From: Haplodiscus bocki
Lineage: Eukaryota
Reading direction: 5' to 3'
DNA: 64,000 nt
NCBI GenBank assembly: GCA_965655095.1
Contig: OZ296652.1
Coordinates: 69,254,001-69,318,000 of the forward strand
Position numbers and translations under genes: made by a program. Of this stretch, positions 1 through 11,300 are shown piece by piece (position 1 is the first letter of the stretch; each line of letters opens with the position of its first letter). The notes under the pieces were generated by a model. That model ran no database searches, was not told where the DNA came from, and saw only the letters and a list, made by a program, of their open reading frames with translations.

Positions 1-922
1 GCAATGCTACGATGCAACTTGCCAACAATTTAACCCTGGTAATGAAAGTCTCGACGTTGTGCTAGCCCTTGTTTTCATTTTGACGTGGACTTTGGACGCT
101 ATACGACTCTGTCGAAATTTTAAGTTTACAATATTTAACTGAGTGGTATTAGTAGTACCGTGGACCTTTCAAAAGTCATATTCGGTTGGTTTGTACACAA
201 GTGTTCTGTTGTCGCTAGTGTTGCGAAGCCCAGTTTCACCTCCGTGTTGTGATCTGTATAATGTTCCAAAATTAAATCAAATCTTGCCTACAAGATTTAT
301 TTGTAAGAAACTATACCAAGGAAATGTTTTAACAGTCTTTCTACTTTTCAAGCCCTATCACTTCAAAAGAACCGGGTCGACTTCTTCAATCAATGTATCA
401 ATCGACACTGTTTTATAGGCATCGGAGATTTGACAGGTAGATTTCGAAAACTGCAATCCATACTACTTTCGTTCGAATGTATGTGCTACAAACCTAAAAT
501 TGCTAGTTCTCTTCGAAAATGGTGTTTATTAACAACCCTTATTTATTAACATGCGGCTTTTTACGTGCATTGGAGACTTGATAGTCTGAATTTGACTAAA
601 TTGCAATTAGCGATAGCTTTTCTGTCTTTCAAAATCGCTTTTTTTTCCAGACAAAGTGCAGGGGTTTTGTCAAAAAAGATGGGAAAATTCTCGATCAACA
701 ATTTTTGAACCGCCGTAGACGGAAAATTTCGTCACGTTTTTTTGCTGATTTTTCTTTTTCTCAAAGTAGAATTGCGTTAATTGATTTGTCTCCGAAGTAC
801 AGAACAGTTGCAAATCAAACAAAAAGATTGATTTCTAATCTTGGCTCCAGGCCATTGTCATTAAAAGGAAGAATTTAATGTTTGTCGGAATGTATAAAGG
901 TGTTGTAGCAACTTATTGAACT

Positions 923-3900
923 TTAGTCGATTTGACTTTCGGCCAGAATGCAGAAAATCGCGGCGTTTTCAATGGTGCTTGTCGATTTAAGGGCTCTGCA
1001 TACTCTGATGCATAGAATGGAGCTCTTCAGTAGTGGAAAACTTATTTCCGTCTGGGTGAATGACATCACCTCGGAGTATTTTTCTTCACTTTTCTCGGAG
1101 ATTTTTTGGGCCAGTAGTTTCATGACTTTACTCGCCGAAGGACCTGCGCCTCCAGTTGACGAAAACACCAGGGGGTTGAAAGTGATGTTCTCGACTTCTC
1201 TAATCCTCTGCCCTTATTTGAGTTTTTTGAGTTCTTCGTGGTATTTGGAAGAGTCTCCTATGGTTTTGGGGCAGGTCTTCGCTAGCGGGTTGAAGATCTT
1301 GACATCGAAGAAAGTTCTTTCAAATACTGTTTCCCAGAGACCGTTGGCCTTTATGTCAAGACGGACGTCTTCCGCTGCAGTAGAGCTTCTATCGACTGTT
1401 TCCCTATCTGGGTGTTGCATTAACGGTTCCACGGCCACGTTACGGTAGATCTCACTCATCAAGTTCGCAAATGTGTCCCTTATTTCATTGTGGCCTTCAG
1501 GGTAGTGCAAGCCATGAGTCAGACTGAAAATCTCTCCGCATGGGCAGTTGAGGGGGGCATTTTTTGGAATTCAACTACATCTAAGGCTGAGACCCTCTCG
1601 AAATTCAGGTTTCTATAAATGAAATCCGTATCGCTTCAGCGGAAGTACATTAAACCAGGCCGATGCTCCTTTTCCCAATGCTCTTTCGCGTGCATATCTC
1701 TGCTCCGTGCTCAAGACACTTTTGATGTTTGATATTTTCTCGGCGATTTTCTTCTTCTTCGCGTTTAAAAGATCATCGAGGGTGCGCTTCTGCCAAAGTT
1801 CTGCAGTCAGAGGATCTTTCTCTTCCAGTGGCTCGGATAACTTTTTTGACAATTCGTAGTCGTCGTGATGGTTTTCTGGGCAGTCGGTGCCTAGTCCTCG
1901 GGAATTGAGTGGCAGTGAGATTACTTGCCTTTCTTTTGGTAAAGGTTATCCTCTTGAGGTTAGCGCCGGAACGATGGTTTCTCTGATTATTGCTTCCGAT
2001 GTTTTTACAAAACGGCTGAAGAAGAAGCTGTTGTTCGGGTAATGAAGTTCACTTTGAGTTTCACCTTTTTGGTTAGGCACGCATACGCATTCTGCGGTTT
2101 CGTTTTAGCGATGTCTCCTAGTTTTTAGTTTTGATAGCACTTTTTTCTGCTCTGCGCTTTTGCCGTCGAGGAAATTGTTGCATGTTTCTTGGGTGCCTAT
2201 GAAGGAGCCGAGTACTCTAGTTCCGAGCGTTATTTGCACGTTTGATCCTGCAAACGTCTCCAGGTCGAGGGGTCCATTTTTTCTTTCTTCACTATCATTT
2301 GGCATTTTGGGGCGTTGACGAAGATTCCATACCCAGGGCCTATGGTTTTTAGAGCCCTGAACGTTTCTTATATGTCGGATATCCGTCCACACGCATTTCC
2401 AACATCTGCATACCATTCATGGATTACGTTCACCTTTGAGATTTTCTGTATCAGGGGGAGGATCGCAACTCCGTACATGCACATTGCAAGCGGGTCACCT
2501 TGCGTGGTACCTTCGTCTGACCATATTGTTGTTCCGTTCACATGAAGCGGCGATGGGGATGAATATGAGTTTTTTACCCCATTAAAAAAAGCCGGGCAAA
2601 TGATCTTAATGTTTTCTATCGATAGTTTGCGATTAAGGAGGTTGAAAGCGTTTGTTGCTTCAATTAAAAGGACAGCTTCATTTTCTTCAAAATTTGCTCT
2701 AAGTGAGTGAATAGCGTGTTCTATGCCACAACGGTGTCCCATGCGAAGCTGCTGGTTTCCACCGGGTTGTTTCAAATCTGTCTGTATGCAACATACAATT
2801 GTTCTACCAATTATCCGCCGAAGTACCTCCCCAACACCGATTGGACGCACACCGGGACACTCATCTAGAAGTATTAGTCGACACGCGTTGTACGCTTGCA
2901 GAGTCATTGCTTCTTCTTCCTGAGTCGCGAGTCTTACAGCAAATTTTGCTACTGTTCGGCAAAGGGATTCCGAGCGACTTCCAAAAGCCGTTAGATACCG
3001 GCGCCATTCCAAGGCATCGACTCCAGATGGTCCGTGGCCACCACTGGTTTTAAGGGCGGCCCTTCGTATGACGTGTGCATCGATTCTGTCGATTATCGAA
3101 GGTGGTATGGTAGTGTAATTGGCCAGTCATCAAGGATAAGGGCAGGATCGTACGGTTGAGACGGATGTTTTGATTTGAGGATTTGCAAGACGGTTTCGCC
3201 GTTGGTTTTTTCTTCTAGGTCAAGGACCCCACGGTTTTGCTCATTTTGGAGTGTGCGTATGGCGTTTGCTACCTTTCCTGAATTCATTTGTCTGCCGAAT
3301 TCCATCGTCTCATCAAAAGGTAGTTTTCGTATCGTTCTAATTCGTTTCTGTAGTGCATGGCTCTCTTCAAAAAGTTTGTCAAAATGTCCATTTACCAAGA
3401 GTTGTAGCCGTTTTTGCAGTAGCTTATTCACAGATCCGTCACGGCGGTCGGTGGTTCGAGCTAGAATTAGGTGGGGGAGTACCATTGCGGCCTTAATTGA
3501 CGCTTCATGGTGTTTTTGTTTTCTGCAAGGGGTTGATGTGTCGTCTCCAGACATTTCAGGAAGAGTTCGCCAGTTTTGTTTTGCAGATGTTGAAGAATAT
3601 GGGTTTCCAGTGTACGATTTCCTCGTAGATCTTGTTCAGTTTCTGGTGGAATGAATAGTTAAGGTTTGTCCAGAATCTGTCGGGATTGCTGTCTTCAATG
3701 GAGCATGGTGAGGTGCCAGCAGCATGCCACCGGCGAGTCTCCATGTTTCCCGCCATCTTTGTCCCCACCCTCGATTTTTGTACTGCCTGGTCCATTCGAC
3801 GAGATGTGGCCAGGACTCTCAGGGTACAATAGGTGAAGACATTGGCGCTCTAAGCATTCAATACAAGTCCAGTTATGATTTTCAAGGTTTTTGATTTCCT

Positions 3901-4067
3901 CGGTTGTCAGGTTGGTGCATTTTTTGTGGAACCAATTTTCGCAGGTTTTGCATAGAATGGACCATTGTCTCTTTGTTACTGATTTATTGCAAGCTCCACA
4001 CGACCATGTGCTCATCATGTCATTTCTTACCGGAAACTATTTAATAAGTTTATCACAACAATTAGGC
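923..4067 (-). mobile_element. CRE-like (RLE-type) non-LTR retrotransposon, 5'-complete but frameshifted: PHD finger, reverse transcriptase, restriction-like endonuclease
   Basis: Colinear minus-strand fragments. PHD: CGAC..ILCKTCENWFHKKC..WTCIEC (3695-4018). RT: ACRLILLDECPGVRPIGVGEVLRRII, NAFN, EGTTQGDPLAM, WYADV (2368-3012). GASAWFNVLPL (1613-1852). RLE: HNEIRD..VEP..RLDIKANGLW..FFDVKIFNP..HEELKK (1214-1510) and FSSTGG..SFPLLKS (923-1168). The 3' boundary beyond the stop is unresolved; no poly(A) or TSD seen. Confidence 0.88.
4037..4067 (-). other. Putative retro-copied spliced leader at the 5' end of the CRE-like element
   Basis: Minus strand reads GCCTAATTGTTGTGATAAACTTATTAAATAG, then 18 nt, then the ATG of the PHD ORF (4018). 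It is 29/31 identical to 40646-40676 and is not followed by a GT donor. Confidence 0.75.
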
Positions 4068-4160
4068 TTGCGATAAAGTTGCAAGTAGTAATTGCTCAAC
4101 TCCGGGTCTGTTCCCTTTTTGTTTTGGTTAAAGTTGTATTCGGTTCGTAAATTTCAGATT

Positions 4161-4553
4161 ATGTTTGGAATTCGTAGGAGTGCAGCTACTGCAGTTCGCT
4201 TTGCCTATTGCGCACGTACTCTAAACTTCAAACTTTCGACTGTTCCGAGTGAAGACCCAGATATCATGCGTGCTAGACTTCTGTATCAGAGCCGCAAACG
4301 CGGAATTCGGGAAAACGATCTTCTTCTGAGTTCATTTGCGAACATATATCTTGATTTCATGACACCTGATCAACTCAAGCAGTACGATAACATACTCAAT
4401 GCGGTGGACAATGAATGGGATCTGTACAAATATATGGTGGGAAGTGAAGAGACGCCTGAATTTCTTGTATCGGAAGTTATGTCTCTCTTGAAATCATTTG
4501 CTTCAAATCCCGACCGCGAGCAGCGACTTTTTATGCCGGAGTTGAAACAATAG
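4161..4553 (+). CDS. SDHAF2: Succinate dehydrogenase assembly factor 2 (Sdh5), single exon, 130 aa
   Basis: RARLLYQSRKRGIRENDLLLSSFA and QYDNILN..NEWDLYKY are the Sdh5 family signature. The Arg/Ala/Ser-rich N-terminus resembles a mitochondrial presequence. The true ATG is at 4161, after tttcag; AATAAA follows at about 4585 and 4605. Confidence 0.95.
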   Translation: MFGIRRSAATAVRFAYCARTLNFKLSTVPSEDPDIMRARLLYQSRKRGIRENDLLLSSFANIYLDFMTPDQLKQYDNILNAVDNEWDLYKYMVGSEETPEFLVSEVMSLLKSFASNPDREQRLFMPELKQ

Positions 4554-5350
4554 TGGCTTAACTGAAGCTATCATAGAAATTACTAATAAATTAATAGATT
4601 GAACAATAAATTTTGGAGGAAAAGCATTGAATAATTACTATTTAGTGGCGATGCAAAGGTACTTTCCTAAAAGTAAAGGTGCCAACTATTACAAGGACTA
4701 CTTTTTTTACTTTTTCTACTGTAAAGACAACGGGCTTACTTAAGTGACTCGCTCTTCACAGAATTGCTCAAATTGAAGTTTCCAATTGTAAGTTAGTTTC
4801 CAGAAATCTATAATCGAAATATAAAAAGATCCGTGATACCCCCCATCCATTCGTGATAGCGTTATTGCATGCAGTGGAAGAAAAATTCGAAAGGAAATGG
4901 AAGAAACAAAAATTTTTGTGGAATAATTCCCGTTGGTTATACCAGTTTTCGGAAAGGTAAATTCCAAAATATTTTATGATACCCCTTTCACGTATACCGA
5001 AGATTTCAGGAAATCATTTATCCTAAAAAATATTTCGGCGAAAAAATTTCTGACAGAAAAGATCGGTGTACCAAACAGCCAAAAATTTCGAAATCATAAA
5101 GAAGGTCTACCTACAAACACTTTGAGCCCTACGGGCTGGAACGACCCTGATCATTCTTGGCTTGTTGCCTCTAGTTTCAAATGGATTTGAATTCTAGATT
5201 AAGTCAAAACAAAAGGAGCTGAGAGCGCTCCATGTGTTTTCCTCTACAGAAATATTTTAGAAATGAGTAAATGCTATTAATATTGCTGAGGGACTGAACC
5301 AGTTTTTACTGATAGAATTTTGATTATCTAATATATGTTGGAACGCAAGC

Positions 5351-8300
5351 ATGTCTCAAAACATTGAATCATTGTCATCTGTGACTTTGACTGATAACGA
5401 ACCTGGTCAAATTGAGTCCCCGAACCGAGGAGCCGCCCCGAACCAGTCTGGTAAAACTTCAAGTTCAAATAACGCTTCCATTGAATCAGATGTGCGAGAA
5501 AACTATTGCGAGGTTTGTTCAAAGTGATTAAGTTATGATTTCTGGAACAAAATACTAGAAGTTTAGATTAATCTTTAATATCGAAGCCGAAGGTATTCGA
5601 TATTAAGATAACATGCCTTGACCTTTTCCCAGACATATAAATCGATGGATTGTAACCTAACTGTAAACGTCCGTTTTTTCAGAAGTGAATTTCTTAGAGC
5701 ATAATGGATTTCTTGGAAAACGCCAGCTACAAAAGTTTCTTACAATTTCTTCTAGTTTACAATGGTTTTTATTTTAAATCTATGTGACGAAAATTACAGA
5801 AGTAGAAAGGTGGATTTTTCCACTGATTTTCCCAATTTTGCCCTTTTTGATAATTTTTTCCAGAATATTGGCACAAAATTGGGATTTTTTTCCCGGAAAT
5901 GTTTCATTCACACGTGAACTGGAGGAGAAAATTACGTGTTTCTGGGACTTCAACTTTACGTAGTAAAAATGGTTTCCTGTGGTTGATGAATGTTTGGTTC
6001 AAATTCACGTGTGAATGAAGTATTTCCGCAAAAAATGTCAGAATTTGGAGAGAACACAAAAACTCGAATCTACAGAAAGCCACTGAAAGTGTTCGCAAAT
6101 TTGAGTCAATTTTCAGATGTTTTTGAAAAAGTTCAATAAAAAAAGGCAAGGTGGGTAAATCCGGGAAAAAAATCCACAGTTCCAACTTTTGTAATTTTCG
6201 TCACAATTCTCAAATAGAAACCATTTTAAACTAGAAAAAAAATTTGTAGCTAACGTTTTTCAAGAAACTCTGCTCTGAGGAATTCGCTGTTGAAAAATTT
6301 TTTAGCGTTTGATTCAAAGCTATACTTTTTCCGTCTGGGTTGGTATGTTTAAAACAAGACGTTTTAAACACATCGATAAAAATGTTTAAAACAATTTTTT
6401 TAAAAAAACACGTGTTTTTTTAAACAACAGTGTATAGAGAATTCACTGCCTTGCCAGCCTTGAAATACGCTTCTCGTGCGAATGATTGCTATGTAAATAA
6501 AACCCAAGAGTTATAAAGACGAGTGGAATATTGATATCCAATGCGTTGTGTCGGATAATGCAGCCAATATATCTCATATGAGAGAACTGTTAAAGAAAGA
6601 ATCTGGCATCCCAATTATGCACGTTTATGGGTGTCAAGCCCATATAGCGAATCTGGTTGCTAAAGATTTTATTTCCTCGCGTGAAATAAAGGGCATTTTA
6701 TTAAAGGTCAAAGAATAGTTGCAAAAGCGTGAAAACTGGCATTTTTGCACCAGCAACTAAATCAGTAATTTTGTAATTAAACCTTGGTCGAATCCATCTT
6801 GTTTTGACTTAGAAAATAAAAAACAATAAAAACATGTTTTCAATTAAAACATGTTTTTTTGTTTAATTCCGTTAAAAGTGTTTAAAACACCAACCCTGAT
6901 TTCCGTTTCGTTTACTTTGACGTTACTGTAATCTCGGAAGAGTTTTCATTGCAAAAGTTTTTTGAAAAGAAGTTCCTACTTTTTTTTTAAAAAAATGTAA
7001 TCACTTGTTTGTCAGCTAAGTTTTTCATATCCGTTAATTGGTTCGTATCTTTAAAATTGTTTTGTTCTGTTCACAGCCTTGTGATCTGCAGTTGAACAAT
7101 TCTGTTTCCTACAAACAACACCTGCTTGGACTAAGACACGCGAAAGTTAGTTGTGGAATCTGTGTCTTTATTACATACGAAGTTGGTGTTTCTTCAGGTA
7201 TTAATTTAGTTTTGATAGCTTGCTTTGTTTGAAGCATTTGACAATTTGTTTTAGAGAGTTGAAGAGATGGGAGTAAAAGTACAAGACCCAATTGACAACG
7301 CTTTGGGTGAACTACAAAGTGCACGTTTGATGATATTCCTTCAAAAAGAAACAGAACCCATCATAGGCAAGTAATGGTTCAATAAATTATGTTCACGAAG
7401 TTAGCTTAGAAATAAATTGAGTAAAATGTCTCATTTTTAAGTCCCTAAGAGATTGTTGCATCATTGAACAAATCGGAAGAAAGTTAGCTCATAAACTGGT
7501 GGACATGAGAATGAGACGTTATTAGTAATGGAGCCCTTTGATTGAAATGAACTAGTTCTCTTGTAGTTGATGAATGAGTTATCTTCCTCCAATGAGAAGT
7601 TGCTCAATGTTGCAGGTTTGGATGCTTTAACCGAAAAGGTGTCTACTACGAGATCGAGTGAGGACCCTAGTTATTATTGCGAGTTATGCGATTCCGATTT
7701 TGACATGGATGGCGCATTTCATCATGTAACAAGTACGCAACATCGGTTTTTGTTTCTGGTAAGTTCATGTTCGAACTGTGCCTTTCTAAATGGAAGATGA
7801 AATTATTCGATACTGATGATGTAACGTAATAATAAAAGCATGAATTTCCTTCTCTAGAAAACTACCAGAGCCAACTTGATAGCAGATCTCATTGACAATA
7901 ACGGAGATTTGACGACAGACCAGAAGCCGCAAATCATACGTGTCAAACTGTTGGAAGCAAGTATGAAGTTGGAAACTGAGATTGGACGCGGAAAGCCCAA
8001 GATTGTTGTGAGTCATCAACTTCCATAATGCTTAACAATTAATTCATTGAAGGCGGAATGAAATTTGGCGCAAAATTTGCATCTTTAAGGATACCATTCA
8101 GACCTTAGCTAAGATAACTGTCAAATATGTCCCTCGATCTGTAACGAGGTTTCTTGTAGAAAATAATCGTATGTAGATTTCAAACATGAATTTGTTGTAT
8201 TGTTTCAGAGAGTTGCTAGTACCAGAAATCTATCTTACAAAAGTCAGGGCAACCCAAGGGTAGCAGCTGTCGCTCCAAGTAGTCGTTTGTCATCTTTTGA

Positions 8301-11300
8301 CAGAAACCCTGTCAGTCAAAATTATCGATTCAGCAACGACCAAATAGATTATCGTCGCCGTAGAGGTTTCGATAATGATCGATTTAACATGACCAGAAAC
8401 AGAATTTCCAACTACGAACGAGAACTCAGTACGCAATCTGGAATTTCTCAAAGATTTTTGGATCCATTCGATGACAGGTTATTTGTTCATCATCCCTTTG
8501 TGTTGCGTTTTATTGGAGAAGTGATGTAGAAATACAGCGAATTAAATACTTTTTCCACGATTTGGCCATTATCTTGTTTGTTTTATTGGTAAAAAGATCA
8601 ATATTAAAGTTTTTAAATTATCGAAACATTTCGCTGTCATCAACATCTAATAAGTATTTTTAATGAATTAATTCGCTATAAAAATGGCACACTAAATGGT
8701 TTTACACATTCTGATATTTAATTTGACTGCTAATCAAATTGCGAGCCATCGATATTCCACGTTACAGAAACCGATAGCTATCGCTACAACTTTTTTCAGC
8801 TACCGCTAATTAAAATGGCGAATTTAATCAAGGTTCTTCAAACTTCGGCAGAATTCTCGAAGATATTCGGCCATAACCCACTATGAAGGTCCATAAAGCA
8901 TTTCAGTTGTTCAATTTTATTTCCATATCATTGCTTTGATCAAAATCGTGAAAGAAAATATGTTTTTGGTTGAGAATAAGTGAAAGAAAAATTCCACTAC
9001 CTGGAAAATTAATGACCAACTGTTTCAAATTGAAAATAGTGGTTGGGGGTCATCATTTTTGCTACCTCCAGCTATTGCTGTGGATGATTAGTGGTAGATG
9101 TAGCAGTTTCCCGCTTAGGGGTCAAAACCCTGATTCTGACTGAAAGGAAGATGTGTATTAAAACCGGCTTATGCCCAGTTTTTTATTCTGAAAACTTTTC
9201 TGACGTCATCAGATTGTCAGTTGTGTAAACTGCCAGGTTCTTGTTCATTTTCGCGTTGGTCACTGTGCAAACTTGTTAAACATGGGGCAGCAAAATGGCG
9301 TAACATGAGAAGAAATGATTGAAATATCAACTTTTCGATTATGATAACCTGTGACAGGTAGTGGACTCAATTTGACTTTTTCAAACAAAGTCTTGATTGA
9401 CAGCTGTTGTAGTATTTCGAAAAGTTTCAATCATATCCCCGATCATGGTTTCGAATGTCTTTCGTGATCCGTGATCTCAACTGACAAGTCAGAATGTGTT
9501 GCGAAGCTCCGCTTCGCCCCTGTATTGTAAAATTACCTGTGGAGTTAGGAAAAGATACCTCAAACAGAATTACCTGTGACCTCCCCACTATTCCCACAAG
9601 TAAACACTCATGTGGGCGTACAGGTGTTACTGCAGGCAATATTGCCTACAGTTGCATTTGAACCTGTATTCGCTGAGAGCATATTAAACTTACAGGCAGA
9701 ACTTTTTTTTACTTGTGGTCACCCTATTTTTTAGGGTTGAATTGGGTGCTTTGCCTTGCTAATCGGAATAACTTCATAAGTCGCACAGGTTGACGGATAA
9801 TCTTTTCAGCTCGCAACATAATGATATGCGTAAAGCCAATGAATGTCACGCAAAAACTGATGCAAACTCTTCATTTCAGAGTTACTATTCTAAATAACTT
9901 TGGTGACTCGCGCTTCAGTGAAAGGTCATTGGAAGATCATCAGTTTCTGTTGAGAGAGCAAGAAAGAAATTTCCCCCCGTCGGTTCCTCCTCCCGTTAGA
10001 ATACCATATACAAACAGGGGAATGCCCCACAGTCGCGGTGCTTCGTACATGGATGTTGATGCCCCACAAGGGGAGAGAGATTACACACTGCCAACAGAAA
10101 GTTTGTTTTCAATTTTAATTTGTAGGAAAAATTCTTGAACGATTACTACTTGCCTCTAAAATATCAAATTAACAAAAAAATATCTGCGTCAGAAACGGAT
10201 ATTATTTAACTAATTTCTGGTCCACCAACAAAAATATTTTGGGAGTATTCTGAAATGTTTGAGTACTTATTTGGAACTATCAAGGTGTAAGATGATTTTT
10301 ACTATCATAAGCAAGCAGAGAACGGGAAAGTTTGCGCCGCCCGTATGTCTTAAAATACTCGTGAGGGGAATCTCTGGTGTTTACGAAAACTTCTGGATTG
10401 TTGGAAAATTCAAACCTCATTGTATTTTTGTGAATGCTAGAAAATTTCGTAAGGGTACCCTTTGCGACATCATTGACTAAGGGCAAAAAATTTGGAATAC
10501 ACAAGAAGTTTCAAAAAAATCTGTTGGAAAGTGTAGGGTGTAACGAAAAAATTTGACCGAAGTTCCAAAATTTATACCGAAAGTCACACGTAGATGGTAT
10601 CTCATAAAATTTAATATTTGCCTTATCGGAACTTTGGATTATTGAAAGGGGGCTATCGCGAAACGTGGAAGGTTTTTGCTACATTCTGCTGCTGGAAGTA
10701 TGAACTGTATATACAATATCTGTTAGTAAAAGCGACCCATACAGGGTGAGGTTTGTCATCTTGAAAAAAAACTTGAGCTCTACTATAGTTGGCCTTTTCA
10801 GTAATGAGTAAAGCGGCGATTAAAACCGCGAAATTCGAATAATGGAGAATGGAGTAGCCCCAGTACGTGGTAGAAAATGATTAAATGAATTAAAAGATTG
10901 AATTGTCATAATATAATTTAATTGAAACGTTGATTGTTTCGAACCTAAAGATTGATGGGCAATAAAAAGCTTGGTACTTTAGGACTTCTGCCTGGAGAAG
11001 TTCCTGATGCTCCTTCTCGGGTATCTCTCCATGCTAGAAACTTAGCAAGCGATTCGCCCAACCCCGCCCCTTCATTTGCAGCTGCTAAAAGACGACGGCT
11101 TGCAAATGGTCCTCCCTCTAGATTTGCAAACAGGAGGGGCAGCCTGGAAGAAGGAGAGGATGCTGACTATGACTCAATGTTAGATCAATATCGCCAACAG
11201 AAGGAAGTAGAGTGGAAGAACAGAAACCAGAGTGGCGATGCTCCGGCGGAAAGAGAAGATTCGCCTCCTCCTAGCAAAGAAATATTCTTCCAAAAATAGT

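Noticed and set aside
948-3654. + strand ORFs of 166 and 159 aa over the CRE element
   Set aside because: Antisense shadows of the retrotransposon ORF, with no recognisable domains.
4037-4067. SL RNA gene at either 31-mer
   Set aside because: Neither copy has a GT donor after the terminal TAG or an evident Sm site; both run directly into retrotransposon ORFs.
4092-4160. 153-aa N-terminally extended SDHAF2 from the ORF track
   Set aside because: It starts at TTG; the eukaryotic start is the ATG at 4161, after an acceptor-like tttcag.
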